A stretch of 64,000 nucleotides of DNA from Lingula anatina (taxonomy: Eukaryota; Animalia; Brachiopoda). A program made the translations under genes and the position numbers. The stretch is from positions 38,149,967 through 38,213,966 of the forward strand of contig CM120640.1 in assembly GCA_051362555.1 (NCBI GenBank), in the 5' to 3' direction. Below, piece after piece: positions 22,036-34,000 of this stretch (positions are counted from its first letter, which is position 1; every line of letters starts with the position of its first letter). Below the pieces are notes generated by a model, which worked only from the letters and a program-made list of their open reading frames with translations, ran no database searches and was not told the origin of the DNA.

Positions 22036-23092
22036 TTAGAGTTAAAATGACAATCTATCTAGCTAGAGACATATCTGTGAATATCCGTAAAAATCTATCA
22101 GTCGCCCTGGTAGAGGGTATGAAAACATCAAGAACTATGTCCCTTGTTCTTGTATAAGACATTTTCACATTACTCCTCCTCAGCTTATATAAGTTTTTCT
22201 TCTTTAGAAAACTTAAAGAACGACACACTTTTTTCAGAATTGTTATCCATCTCTGCAACTTCGAAATACTTTTTAAGCATCAAATATGGACAGGTGTGCT
22301 TTCCGGTCTTGGCTATCAAACAAGAATTACCATCCCTGTGTTGATCGGTTTTACTTTTCCTGATGAAAATCTCTAAATAATGGTCATAAAAGATCACATA
22401 ATTATATCTCAATTCAGATATTTCTGACCACCTGAAGAATGCAGCATATGAAATCAAACAATGGAAAGTATTCGGAGATCCTTCAAAGTGACTCAGCAGA
22501 TACAGGTTCCTTTTTTATTACTCTATGATGTTTCCTTCTCTGAGATACTTCTTTCACTGCAAATAAGGAATTTCGGATTTTTCTTACAGTTTGCAATATC
22601 ATGAAACCATTTTAAACTGTAAAAAGCGTCTAAAACCGCAGCAGAAGAATTACAAGATTGTGACAAATTGTGAAGATAAAAAGCAACAATCGAGTCTTTC
22701 GCTGTAAAAACAGAGGTCACACCGTTCGTATTGCACCATTCAAGCCATTTTTGGAAGCCTTAAGAATATTTTCTCACTGTGTTGTCTGCTCTTGACTTCA
22801 AAATGACATCTGGTAATGAATCTGCTAAAGCCTTCAAACTTTTATTGCTTGTAACCTCCACGTCTTAGAGGATAGCATTATCAAGAAAACATGAAAAAGG
22901 AAAAAAAAAATTTTTTTTGAAAACAAAACTCTAGCAATCGTTCCCATAATCTCTGTTCATTCTGGACAATAATCATGTCCATGTTAACTGTCATTGATCA
23001 ATAATTGTGATTCTAATGGCCATTTCTTCCATTCCTTCCTTCAATGTTGCAGAACTCCATTACAGCATTTGTTGTATCGATAACCCATTGGT

Positions 23093-23133
23093 AACTAGAA
23101 AAGCACTCCGAGAGCGCAGACCTCCGCCCAGGC
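23093..23133 (-). mobile_element. Helentron (Helitron2/DINE-like) 3' terminus
   Basis: Minus strand gcctgggcggaggtct-gcgctc-tcg-gagtgc-tttt-CTAG-tt: subTIR, short hairpin, CTAG end at a TT site. Confidence 0.75.
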
Positions 23134-24209
23134 AGCGATTTTTGATTATTATTGATTATTGATTTATTATTTATCCGGATCACCTGTATGTAAATATGTT
23201 TGATAAGATCTAGGGGAGATATTTAAGCACATTTAAAAGACACTCACTCAGAACCAGATTTTTTCAATATCGCTTAATTTGGGGTCAGGAATGGACTTAG
23301 CAGTGATCCTCACCCTCGCCTGAACAAAGAAGCTCAAACAAATCAAGAACAAATCAATATCCGAATAACGACGGTGATATGGCCCTGTTGGCGCATATTA
23401 ATTTTCGTGATCTGTAAACACAGGGAATCAGCAGTTGTAAACTTTCTCTTATATAGTATATTTTGAACAAGCTGTCTGTACAGGGAGGGGGGGGGGCTTC
23501 ACATCTGCGGACCCCCTCGCCCCCTTAAAATATTCCTGGATCTGTCCCTGTTACGCATGGTACCTATCTGTATCTAAAAAAACACTGCTGATATATGATA
23601 GACGGGAAGAGGGAGCGCATGGGAAATGACGGTGTAGGCCTGATCTAAAGCCTTCCAGAATTTCTGCAGTAACTTGTTGGTCACTCCGTTCATTTTACTC
23701 GGAGACTGTTCTGGTAAAGAAAGAGATTCAAAGTGGTGTGTCGCAGTGTGATTCTGGCACTTAGAGTGTGTTTTAAATCCTAATATTAGTACATAAATGT
23801 AATTTATTCTAAAATGTGAGGCCTAATAATAAGGAGCTACGGGCAAATTTCTTCAACAATCAGTTTCTTTTTCAAACTGATTGTTTGACACATCATGATA
23901 ACAACGGAAACCACCAAACTTCAATTAAGATAATTAATTGTATTTATGTAACAAATGGTTTGTTTTAGTGGTGGTATTAACTTTTTGGTAATACATCAAC
24001 GTTTTGTTTATAGGAAATTAGTCTGGTTAGTTAGTAGTAGGTAGTAGGATGGTAGTTTGGGTCTTGTGTCTGCACATTTTTACCTTAAGTAGTTGACCAA
24101 GGCAAGGTGATAACAGATGTCCAGGGTTAAGGAATTTCTAAGCTGCTGTGTATCAAGGCACACACATTTGCACCCCCACCTTTAATAATTACATATTTCT
24201 TTTTAGTTA

Positions 24210-24464
24210 CCCGCACGAAAATGCAGTAGTATCGAAGTAGCAAAGCAGCGGGAGCATATTTGCAGTATAGCCTACTGCAATTCTACTCCAGAAAGTACAT
24301 AGGTTTGTACAGAGAGGAGCATAAATGCAGTAGAATAGCAGCATGATAGAAGCATGTTTCAAATATGTTAATTAGCTCCCCAATCGAAGCAGATATGAGA
24401 GATGTTTGCAGTATGATTGCAGTAGTCTACTGCGCTGGAGTATCTACTGCATTTTCGTGCGGGT
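24210..24464. mobile_element. MITE with CCC...GGG ends, 20-bp TIR, TA flanks (possibly CMC/EnSpm-type)
   Basis: cccgcacgaaaatgcagtag / ctactgcattttcgtgcggg perfect TIR, TA on both sides, recurring internal TGCAGTA motif. Confidence 0.88.
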
Positions 24465-25093
24465 AATTTTAATTGTGTCACTATAATATATTAGCCTTAT
24501 CGCATAATAATTTTTTTAATTCCCATGACTAAACACCCCGGTGACTCCCTTCGCCACATAAGTTTTCATGTAATTATTAAACAGAGCAAAAAATCTCCCT
24601 ATTTCTGTAGAATTATAAATTTTATGAAAGATGTTTTTGGGACTAATTCTATCGAGCTGCATTCAGTGAGAAGTCATTCAGCTTTGTAGCTGCGGAGATA
24701 TTGACGGCCGCACTAAAAAATGCCTGCAAAACTGCATGAACAGAATATTTTGGTGAAACATTTCCTATCCTCATAGACAGCAGACTCACTGACGTAACTC
24801 CCAATGCCACAAAAAGTTACTTTTTATACCGGCAGTACTGTAATTGAACACGTGCATTCTCTGTTTGTAAACAAACCACTGCACTGCTCACAGTCGTAAG
24901 CTCCCTCCGCCAGATGTCCATAACTGCACAGCACTGAGCCAGGTCTCGCCCAAAAATAGGAAGCAATTTAAGCCCCAACCTGCTACTTGACACCAAATTA
25001 ACCACTAGCAACACACAAAAAATTTCAGGAAAAAAACTGGAAACAATCACTAATTTTTCACAAAGCACTACATTCGTCTATAACAGTCCGTGA

Positions 25094-28000
25094 TTGGCCA
25101 GGTAGGGATGAAAAATTTTTTTCTTCGTTATAGTGTCAGGTAGGTGTGTTCGGTCATTTGTAGTAAGAATAAAGTGCTGGAAGAGTGGTGGTGTCATCAT
25201 TAAGGAAGAAATAGAGCAAAAACTGTGTCTCCCCCCCCCCCCCCCCCTCTCAGATTCTGTTCTCAGAGCTCATTTTTGGATCATCTTTAAAGCTAGAATT
25301 GGGGGCCTTGATGAAGTGACCCGGGCGCGTTTCCACATTTTTTATGAATGACAGGTGTGGTAGATTGATTTTCGTCACTTTTTGGAAAAATCTGAGACGG
25401 GTCGATTTTTGGTGATTTTGAGTGATTTTGATCAGTGCCGGCACTGTGAGATTTCTTCAATTTTGGCCAGGTAGGGATGAAAAATTTTTTTCTTCGTTAT
25501 AGTGTCAGGTAGGTGTGTTCGGTCATTTGTAGTAAGAATAAAGTGCTGGAAGAGTGGTGGTGTCATCATTAAGGAAGAAATAGAGCAAAAACTGTGTCTC
25601 CCCCCCCCCCCCCCCCCCCTCTCAGATTCTGTTCTCAGAGCTCATTTTTGGATCATCTTTAAAGCTAGAATTGGGGGCCTTGATGAAGTGACCCGGGCGC
25701 GTTTCCACATTTTTTATGAATGACAGGTGTGGTAGATTGATTTTCGTCACTTTTTGGAAAAATCTGAGACGGGTCGATTTTTGGTGATTTTGAGTGATTT
25801 TGATCAGTGCCGGCACTGTGAGATTTCTTCAATTTTGGCCAGGTAGGGATGAAAAATTTTTTTCTTCGTTATAGTGTCAGGTAGGTGTGTTCGGTCATTT
25901 GTAGTAAGAATAAAGTGCTGGAAGAGTGGTGGTGTCATCATTAAGGAAGAAATAGAGCAAAAACTGTGTCTCCCCCCCCCCCCCCCCCCCTCTCAGATTC
26001 TGTTCTCAGAGCTCATTTTTGGATCATCTTTAAAGCTAGAATTGGGGGCCTTGATGAAGTGACCCGGGCGCGTTTCCACATTTTTTATGAATGACAGGTG
26101 TGGTAGATTGATTTTCGTCACTTTTTAATCTGAGACGGGTCGATTTTTGGTGATTTTGAGTGATTTTGATCAGTGCCGGCACTGTGAGATTTCTTCAATT
26201 TTGGCCAGGTAGGGATGAAAAATTTTTTTCTTCGTTATAGTGTCAGGTAGGTGTGTTCGGTCATTTGTAGTAAGAATAAAGTGCTGGAAGAGTGGTGGTG
26301 TCATCATTAAGGAAGAAATAGAGCAAAAACTGTCTCCCCCCCCCCCCTCTCAGATTCTGTTCTCAGAGCTCATTTTTGGATCATCTTTAAAGCTAGAATT
26401 GGGGGCCTTGATGAAGTGACCCGGGCGCGTTTCCACATTTTTTATGAATGACAGGTGTGGTAGATTGATTTTCGTCACTTTTTGGAAAAATCTGAGACGG
26501 GTCGATTTTTGGTGATTTTGAGTGATTTTGATCAGTGCCGGCACTGTGAGATTTCTTCAATTTTGGCCAGGTAGGGATGAAAAATTTTTTTCTTCGTTAT
26601 AGTGTCAGGTAGGTGTGTTCGGTCATTTGTAGTAAGAATAAAGTGCTGGAAGAGTGGTGGTGTCATCATTAAGGAAGAAATAGAGCAAAAACTGTGTCTC
26701 CCCCCCCCCCCTCTCAGATTCTGTTCTCAGAGCTCATTTTTGGATCATCTTTAAAGCTAGAATTGGGGGCCTTGATGAAGTGACCCGGGCGCGTTTCCAC
26801 ATTTTTTATGAATGACAGGTGTGGTAGATTGATTTTCGTCACTTTTTGGAAAAATCTGAGACGGGTCGATTTTTGGTGATTTTGAGTGATTTTGATCAGT
26901 GCCGGCACTGTGAGATTTCTTCAATTTTGGCCAGGTAGGGATGAAAAATTTTTTTCTTCGTTATAGTGTCAGGTAGGTGTGTTCGGTCATTTGTAGTAAG
27001 AATAAAGTGCTGGAAGAGTGGTGGTGTCATCATTAAGGAAGAAATAGAGCAAAAACTGTGTCTCCCCCCCCCCCTCTCAGATTCTGTTCTCAGAGCTCAT
27101 TTTTGGATCATCTTTAAAGCTAGAATTGGGGGCCTTGATGAAGTGACCCGGGCGCGTTTCCACATTTTTTATGAATGACAGGTGTGGTAGATTGATTTTC
27201 GTCACTTTTTGGAAAAATCTGAGACGGGTCGATTTTTGGTGATTTTGAGTGATTTTGATCAGTGCCGGCACTGTGAGATTTCTTCAATTTTGGCCAGGTA
27301 TAGGGATGAAAAATTTTTTTCTTCGTTATAGTGTCAGGTAGGTGTGTTCGGTCATTTGTAGTAAGAATAAAGTGCTGGAAGAGTGGTGGTGTCATCATTA
27401 AGGAAGAAATAGAGCAAAAACTGTGTCTCCCCCCTCCCCCTCTCAGATTCTGTTCTCAGAGCTCATTTTTGGATCATCTTTAAAGCTAGAATTGGGGGCC
27501 TTGATGAAGTGACCCGGGCGCGTTTCCACATTTTTTATGAATGACAGGTGTGGTAGATTGATTTTCGTCACTTTTTGGAAAAATCTGAGACGGGTCGATT
27601 TTTGGTGATTTTGAGTGATTTTGATCAGTGCCGGCACTGTGAGATTTCTTCAATTTTGGCCAGGTAGGGATGAAAAATTTTTTTCTTCGTTATAGTGTCA
27701 GGTAGGTGTGTTCGGTCATTTGTAGTAAGAATAAAGTGCTGGAAGAGTGGTGGTGTCATCATTAAGGAAGAAATAGAGCAAAAACTGTCTCCCCCCCCCC
27801 CCCCTCTCAGATTCTGTTCTCAGAGCTCATTTTTGGATCATCTTTAAAGCTAGAATTGGGGGCCTTGATGAAGTGACCCGGGCGCGTTTCCACATTTTTT
27901 ATGAATGACAGGTGTGGTAGATTGATTTTCGTCACTTTTTGGAAAAATCTGAGACGGGTCGATTTTTGGTGATTTTGAGTGATTTTGATCAGTGCCGGCA

Positions 28001-31000
28001 CTGTGAGATTTCTTCAATTTTGGCCAGGTAGGGATGAAAAATTTTTTTCTTCGTTATAGTGTCAGGTAGGTGTGTTCGGTCATTTGTAGTAAGAATAAAG
28101 TGCTGGAAGAGTGGTGGTGTCATCATTAAGGAAGAAATAGAGCAAAAACTGTCTCCCCCCCCCCTCTCAGATTCTGTTCTCAGAGCTCATTTTTGGATCA
28201 TCTTTAAAGCTAGAATTGGGGGCCTTGATGAAGTGACTCGGGCGCGTTTCCACATTTTTTATGAATGACAGGTGTGGTAGATTGATTTTCGTCACTTTTT
28301 GGAAAAATCTGAGACGGGTCGATTTTTGGTGATTTTGAGTGATTTTGATCAGTGCCGGCACTGTGAGATTTCTTCAATTTTGGCCAGGTAGGGATGAAAA
28401 ATTTTTTCTTCGTTATAGTGTCAGGTAGGTGTGTTCGGTCATTTGTAGTAAGAATAAAGTGCTGGAAGAGTGGTGGTGTCATCATTAAGGAAGAAATAGA
28501 GCAAAAACTGTGTCTCCCCCCTCCCCCTCTCAGATTCTGTTCTCAGAGCTCATTTTTGGATCATCTTTAAAGCTAGAATTGGGGGCCTTGATGAAGTGAC
28601 CCGGGCGCGTTTCCACATTTTTTATGAATGACAGGTGTGGTAGATTGATTTTCGTCACTTTTTGGAAAAATCTGAGACGGGTCGATTTTTGGTGATTTTG
28701 AGTGATTTTGATCAGTGCCGGCACTGTGAGATTTCTTCAATTTTGGCCAGGTAGGGATGAAAAATTTTTTTCTTCGTTATAGTGTCAGGTAGGTGTGTTC
28801 GGTCATTTGTAGTAAGAATAAAGTGCTGGAAGAGTGGTGGTGTCATCATTAAGGAAGAAATAGAGCAAAAACTGTGTCTCCCCCCCCCCCCTCTCAGATT
28901 CTGTTCTCAGAGCTCATTTTTGGGTCATCTTTAAAGCTAGAATTGGGGGCCTTGATGAAGTGACCCGGGCGCGTTTCCACATTTTTTATGAATGACAGGT
29001 GTGGTAGATTGATTTTCGTCACTTTTTGGAAAAATCTGAGACGGGTCGATTTTTGGTGATTTTGAGTGATTTTGATCAGTGCCGGCACTGTGAGATTTCT
29101 TCAATTTTGGCCAGGTAGGGATGAAAAATTTTTTTCTTCGTTATAGTGTCAGGTAGGTGTGTTCGGTCATTTGTAGTAAGAATAAAGTGCTGGAAGAGTG
29201 GTGGTGTCATCATTAAGGAAGAAATAGAGCAAAAACTGTCTCCCCCCCCCTCTCAGATTCTGTTCTCAGAGCTCATTTTTGGATCATCTTTAAAGCTAGA
29301 ATTGGGGGCCTTGATGAAGTGACCCGGGCGCGTTTCCACATTTTTTATGAATGACAGGTGTGGTAGATTGATTTTCGTCACTTTTTGGAAAAATCTGAGA
29401 CGGGTCGATTTTTGGTGATTTTGAGTGATTTTGATCAGTGCCGGCACTGTGAGATTTCTTCAATTTTGGCCAGGTAGGGATGAAAAATTTTTTTCTTCGT
29501 TATAGTGTTAGGTAGGTGTGTTTGGTCATTTGTAGTAAGAATAAAGTGCTGGAAGAGTGGTGGTGTCATCATTAAGGAAGAAATAGAGCAAAAACTGTGT
29601 CTCCCCCCTCCCCCTCTCAGATTCTGTTCTCAGAGCTCATTTTTGGATCATCTTTAAAGCTAGAATTGGGGGCCTTGATGAAGTGACCCGGGCGCGTTTC
29701 CACATTTTTTATGAATGACAGGTGTGGTAGATTGATTTTCGTCACTTTTTGGAAAAATCTGATTTTTGGTGATTTTGAGTGATTTTGATCAGTGCCGGCA
29801 CTGTGAGATTTCTTCAATTTTGGCCAGGTAGGGATGAAAAATTTTTTTCTTCGTTATAGTGTCAGGTAGGTGTGTTCGGTCATTTGTAGTAAGAATAAAG
29901 TGCTGGAAGAGTGGTGGTGTCATCATTAAGGAAGAAATAGAGCAAAAACTGTGTCTCCCCCCCCCTCTCAGATTCTGTTCTCAGAGCTCATTTTTGGATC
30001 ATCTTTAAAGCTAGAATTGGGGGCCTTGATGAAGTGACCCGGGCGCGTTTCCACATTTTTTTATGAATGACAGGTGTGGTAGATTGATTTTCGTCACTTT
30101 TTGGAAAAATCTGAGACGGGTCGATTTTTGGTGATTTTGAGTGATTTTGATCAGTGCCGGCACTGTGAGATTTCTTCAATTTTGGCCAGGTAGGGATGAA
30201 AAATTTTTTTCTTCGTTATAGTGTCAGGTAGGTGTGTTCGGTCATTTGTAGTAAGAATAAAGTGCTGGAAGAGTGGTGGTGTCATCATTAAGGAAGAAAT
30301 AGAGCAAAAACTGTGTTTCCCCCCCCCCCCCCCTCTCAGATTCTGTTCTCAGAGCTTATTTTTGGATCATCTTTAAAGCTAGAATTGGGGGCCTTGATGA
30401 AGTGACCCGGGCGCGTTTCCACATTTTTTATGAATGACAGGTGTGGTAGATTGATTTTCGTCACTTTTTGGAAAAATCTGAGACGGGTCGATTTTTGGTG
30501 ATTTTGAGTGATTTTGATCAGTGCCGGCACTGTGAGATTTCTTCAATTTTGGCCAGGTAGGGATGAAAAATTTTTTTCTTCGTTATAGTGTCAGGTAGGT
30601 GTGTTCGGTCATTTGTAGTAAGAATAAAGTGCTGGAAGAGTGGTGGTGTCATCATTAAGGAAGAAATAGAGCAAAAACTGTGTCTCCCCCCCCCCCTCTC
30701 AGATTCTGTTCTCAGAGCTCATTTTTGGATCATCTTTAAAGCTAGAATTGGGGGCCTTGATGAAGTGACCCGGGCGCGTTTCCACATTTTTTATGAATGA
30801 CAGGTGTGGTAGATTGATTTTCGTCACTTTTTGGAAAAATCTGAGACAGACCGATTTTTGGTGATTTTGAGTGATTTTGATCAGTGCCGGCACTGTGAGA
30901 TTTCTTCAATTTTGGCCAGGTAGGGATGAAAAATTTTTTTCTTCGTTATAGTGTTAGGTAGGTGTGTTTGGTCATTTGTAGTAAGAATAAAGTGCTGGAA

Positions 31001-34000
31001 GAGTGGTGGTGTCATCATTAAGGAAGAAATAGAGCAAAAACTGTGTCTCCCCCCCCCCTCTCAGATTCTGTTCTCAGAGCTCATTTTTGGATCATCTTTA
31101 AAGCTAGAATTGGGGGCCTTGATGAAGTGACCCGGGCGCGTTTCCACATTTTTTATGAATGACAGGTGTGGTAGATTGATTTTCGTCACTTTTTGGAAAA
31201 ATCTGAGATGGGTCGATTTTTGGTGATTTTGAGTGATTTTGATCAGTGCCGGCACTGTGAGATTTCTTCAATTTTGGCCAGGTAGGGATGAAAAATTTTT
31301 TTCTTCGTTATAGTGTCAGGTAGGTGTGTTCGGTCATTTGTAGTAAGAATAAAGTGCTGGAAGAGTGGTGGTGTCATCATTAAGGAAGAAATAGAGCAAA
31401 AACTGTGTCTCCCCCCCCCCTCTCAGATTCTGTTCTCAGAGCTCATTTTTGGATCATCTTTAAAGCTAGAATTGGGGGCCTTGATGAAGTGACCCGGGCG
31501 CGTTTCCACATTTTTTATGAATGACAGGTGTGGTAGATTGATTTTCGTCACTTTTTGGAAAAATCTGAGACGGGTCGATTTTTGGTGATTTTGAGTGATT
31601 TTGATCAGTGCCGGCACTGTGAGATTTCTTCAATTTTGGCCAGGTAGGGATGAAAAATTTTTTTCTTCGTTATAGTGTTAGGTAGGTGTGTTTGGTCATT
31701 TGTAGTAAGAATAAAGTGCTGGAAGAGTGGTGGTGTCATCATTAAGGAAGAAATAGAGCAAAAACTGTGTCTCCCCCCCCTCTCAGATTCTGTTCTCAGA
31801 GCTCATTTTTGGATCATCTTTAAAGCTAGAATTGGGGGCCTTGATGAAGTGACCCGGGCGCGTTTCCACATTTTTTATGAATGACAGGTGTGGTAGATTG
31901 ATTTTCGTCACTTTTTGGAAAAATCTGAGACGGGTCGATTTTTGGTGATTTTGAGTGATTTTGATCAGTGCCGGCACTGTGAGATTTCTTCAATTTTGGC
32001 CAGGTAGGGATGAAAAATTTTTTTCTTCGTTATAGTGTCAGGTAGGTGTGTTCGGTCATTTGTAGTAAGAATAAAGTGCTGTAAGAGTGGTGGTGTCATC
32101 ATTAAGGTAGAAATAGAGCAAAAACTGTGTCTCCCCCCCCTCTCAGATTCTGTTCTCAGAGCTCATTTTTGGATCATCTTTAAAGCTAGAATTGGGGGCC
32201 TTGATGAAGTGACCCGGGCGCGTTTCCACATTTTTTTATGAATGACAGGTGTGGTAGATTGATTTTCGTCACTTTTTGGAAAAATCTTAGACGGGTCGAT
32301 TTTTGGTGATTTTGAGTGATTTTGATCAGTGCCGGCACTGTGAGATTTCTTCAATTTTGGCCAGGTAGGGATGAAAAATTTTTTTCTTCGTTATAGTGTC
32401 AGGTAGGTGTGTTCGGTCATTTGTAGTAAGAATAAAGTGCTGGAAGAGTGGTGGTGTCATCATTAAGGAAGAAATAGAGCAAAAACTGTGTCTCCCCCCC
32501 CCCCTCTCAGATTCTGTTCTCAGAGCTCATTTTTGGATCATCTTTAAAGCTAGAATTGGGGGCCTTGATGAAGTGACCCGGGCGCGTTTCCACATTTTTT
32601 ATGAATGACAGGTGTGGTAGATTGATTTTCGTCACTTTTTGGAAAAATCTGAGATGGGTCGATTTTTGGTGATTTTGAGTGATTTTGATCAGTGCCGGCA
32701 CTGTGAGATTTCTTCAATTTTGGCCAGGTAGGGATGAAAAATTTTTTTCTTCGTTATAGTGTCAGGTAGGTGTGTTCGGTCATTTGTAGTAAGAATAAAG
32801 TGCTGGAAGAGTGGTGGTGTCATCATTAAGGAAGAAATAGAGCAAAAACTGTGTCTCCCCCCCCCTCTCAGATTCTGTTCTCAGAGCTCATTTTTGGATC
32901 ATCTTTAAAGCTAGAATTGGGGGCCTTGATGAAGTTACCCGGGCGCGTTTCCACATTTTTTATGAATGACAGGTGTGGTAGATTGATTTTCGTCACTTTT
33001 TGGAAAAATCTGAGACGGGTCGATTTTTGGTGATTTTGAGTGATTTTGATCAGTGCCGGCACTGTGAGATTTCTTCAATTTTGGCCAGGTAGGGATGAAA
33101 AATTTTTTTCTTCGTTATAGTGTTAGGTAGGTGTGTTTGGTCATTTGTAGTAAGAATAAAGTGCTGGAAGAGTGGTGGTGTCATCATTAAGGAAGAAATA
33201 GAGCAAAAACTGTGTCTCCCCCCCCCTCTCAGATTCTGTTCTCAGAGCTCATTTTTGGATCATCTTTAAAGCTAGAATTGGGGGCCTTGATGAAGTGACC
33301 CGGGCGCGTTTCCACATTTTTTATGAATGACAGGTGTGGTAGATTGATTTTCGTCACTTTTTGGAAAAATCTGAGACGGGTCGATTTTTGGTGATTTTGA
33401 GTGATTTTGATCAGTGCCGGCACTGTGAGATTTCTTCAATTTTGGCCAGGTAGGGATGAAAAATTTTTTTCTTCGTTATAGTGTCAGGTAGGTGTGTTCG
33501 GTCATTTGTAGTAAGAATAAAGTGCTGTAAGAGTGGTGGTGTCATCATTAAGGTAGAAATAGAGCAAAAACTGTGTCTCCCCCCCCTCTCAGATTCTGTT
33601 CTCAGAGCTCATTTTTGGATCATCTTTAAAGCTAGAATTGGGGGCCTTGATGAAGTGACCCGGGCGCGTTTCCACATTTTTTATGAATGACAGGTGTGGT
33701 AGATTGATTTTCGTCACTTTTTGGAAAAATCTGAGACGGGTCGATTTTTGGTGATTTTGAGTGATTTTGATCAGTGCCGGCACTGTGAGATTTCTTCAAT
33801 TTTGGCCAGGTAGGGATGAAAAATTTTTTTCTTCGTTATAGTGTCAGGTAGGTGTGTTCGGTCATTTGTAGTAAGAATAAAGTGCTGGAAGAGTGGTGGT
33901 GTCATCATTAAGGAAGAAATAGAGCAAAAACTGTGTCTCCCCCCCCCCCCCCCCCCTCTCAGATTCTGTTCTCAGAGCTCATTTTTGGATCATCTTTAAA

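Larger units (their letters stand above)
19898..22119 (+). mobile_element. Non-autonomous TIR DNA transposon, AcademH-like (102-bp TIRs, 9-bp TSD)
   Basis: Left TIR 19898-19999 is the exact reverse complement of 21800-22119 once the 218-bp MITE+TSD is removed; TA...TA termini; TSD TGAAAACAT at 19889-19897 and 22120-22128. The element is solid; the superfamily call is inferred. Confidence 0.88.
19691..22890 (-). pseudogene. DIRS/Ngaro-group tyrosine recombinase pseudogene, interrupted by the insertion at 19898-22119
   Basis: Minus strand: SRADNTVRKY, YAAFFRWSE (Arg), IRKSKTDQHRDG, MSYTRTRDIVLDVF | insertion | FGLHSLRAGGATASANAG...FKKHGRWRSENTKDGYVKD...LGI* (HxxR, HGRW, catalytic Tyr); stop at 19691-19693. 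Confidence 0.93.

Noticed and set aside
15141-23550. One 8.4-kb element bounded by caggggcggatccagg (15141) and cctggatctgtccctg (~23535-23550)
   Set aside because: The ends are imperfect, there is no matching TSD, and similar termini also occur at ~11150 and ~16575, so they are more likely independent MITE fragments.
25319-25334. 5S rRNA-like match (aacgcgcccg on -)
   Set aside because: Only about 10 nt match; no box A/C or remaining 5S sequence.
25094-25465. Internal 2 x 181-bp dimer structure of the monomer
   Set aside because: The recurring caggt(a/g)g motifs are not spaced at half-unit distance and no half-to-half alignment is visible.
25455-25515. SL RNA/snRNA gene array (Sm-like AATTTTGG, CAG|GTAGG donors, U1-like atccctacctggc on -)
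   Set aside because: The Sm-like motif lies upstream of the nearest donor rather than between downstream stem-loops, T-runs followed by GG are common throughout the monomer, and the U1 similarity ends after about 13 nt. An Infernal/Rfam scan would settle it.
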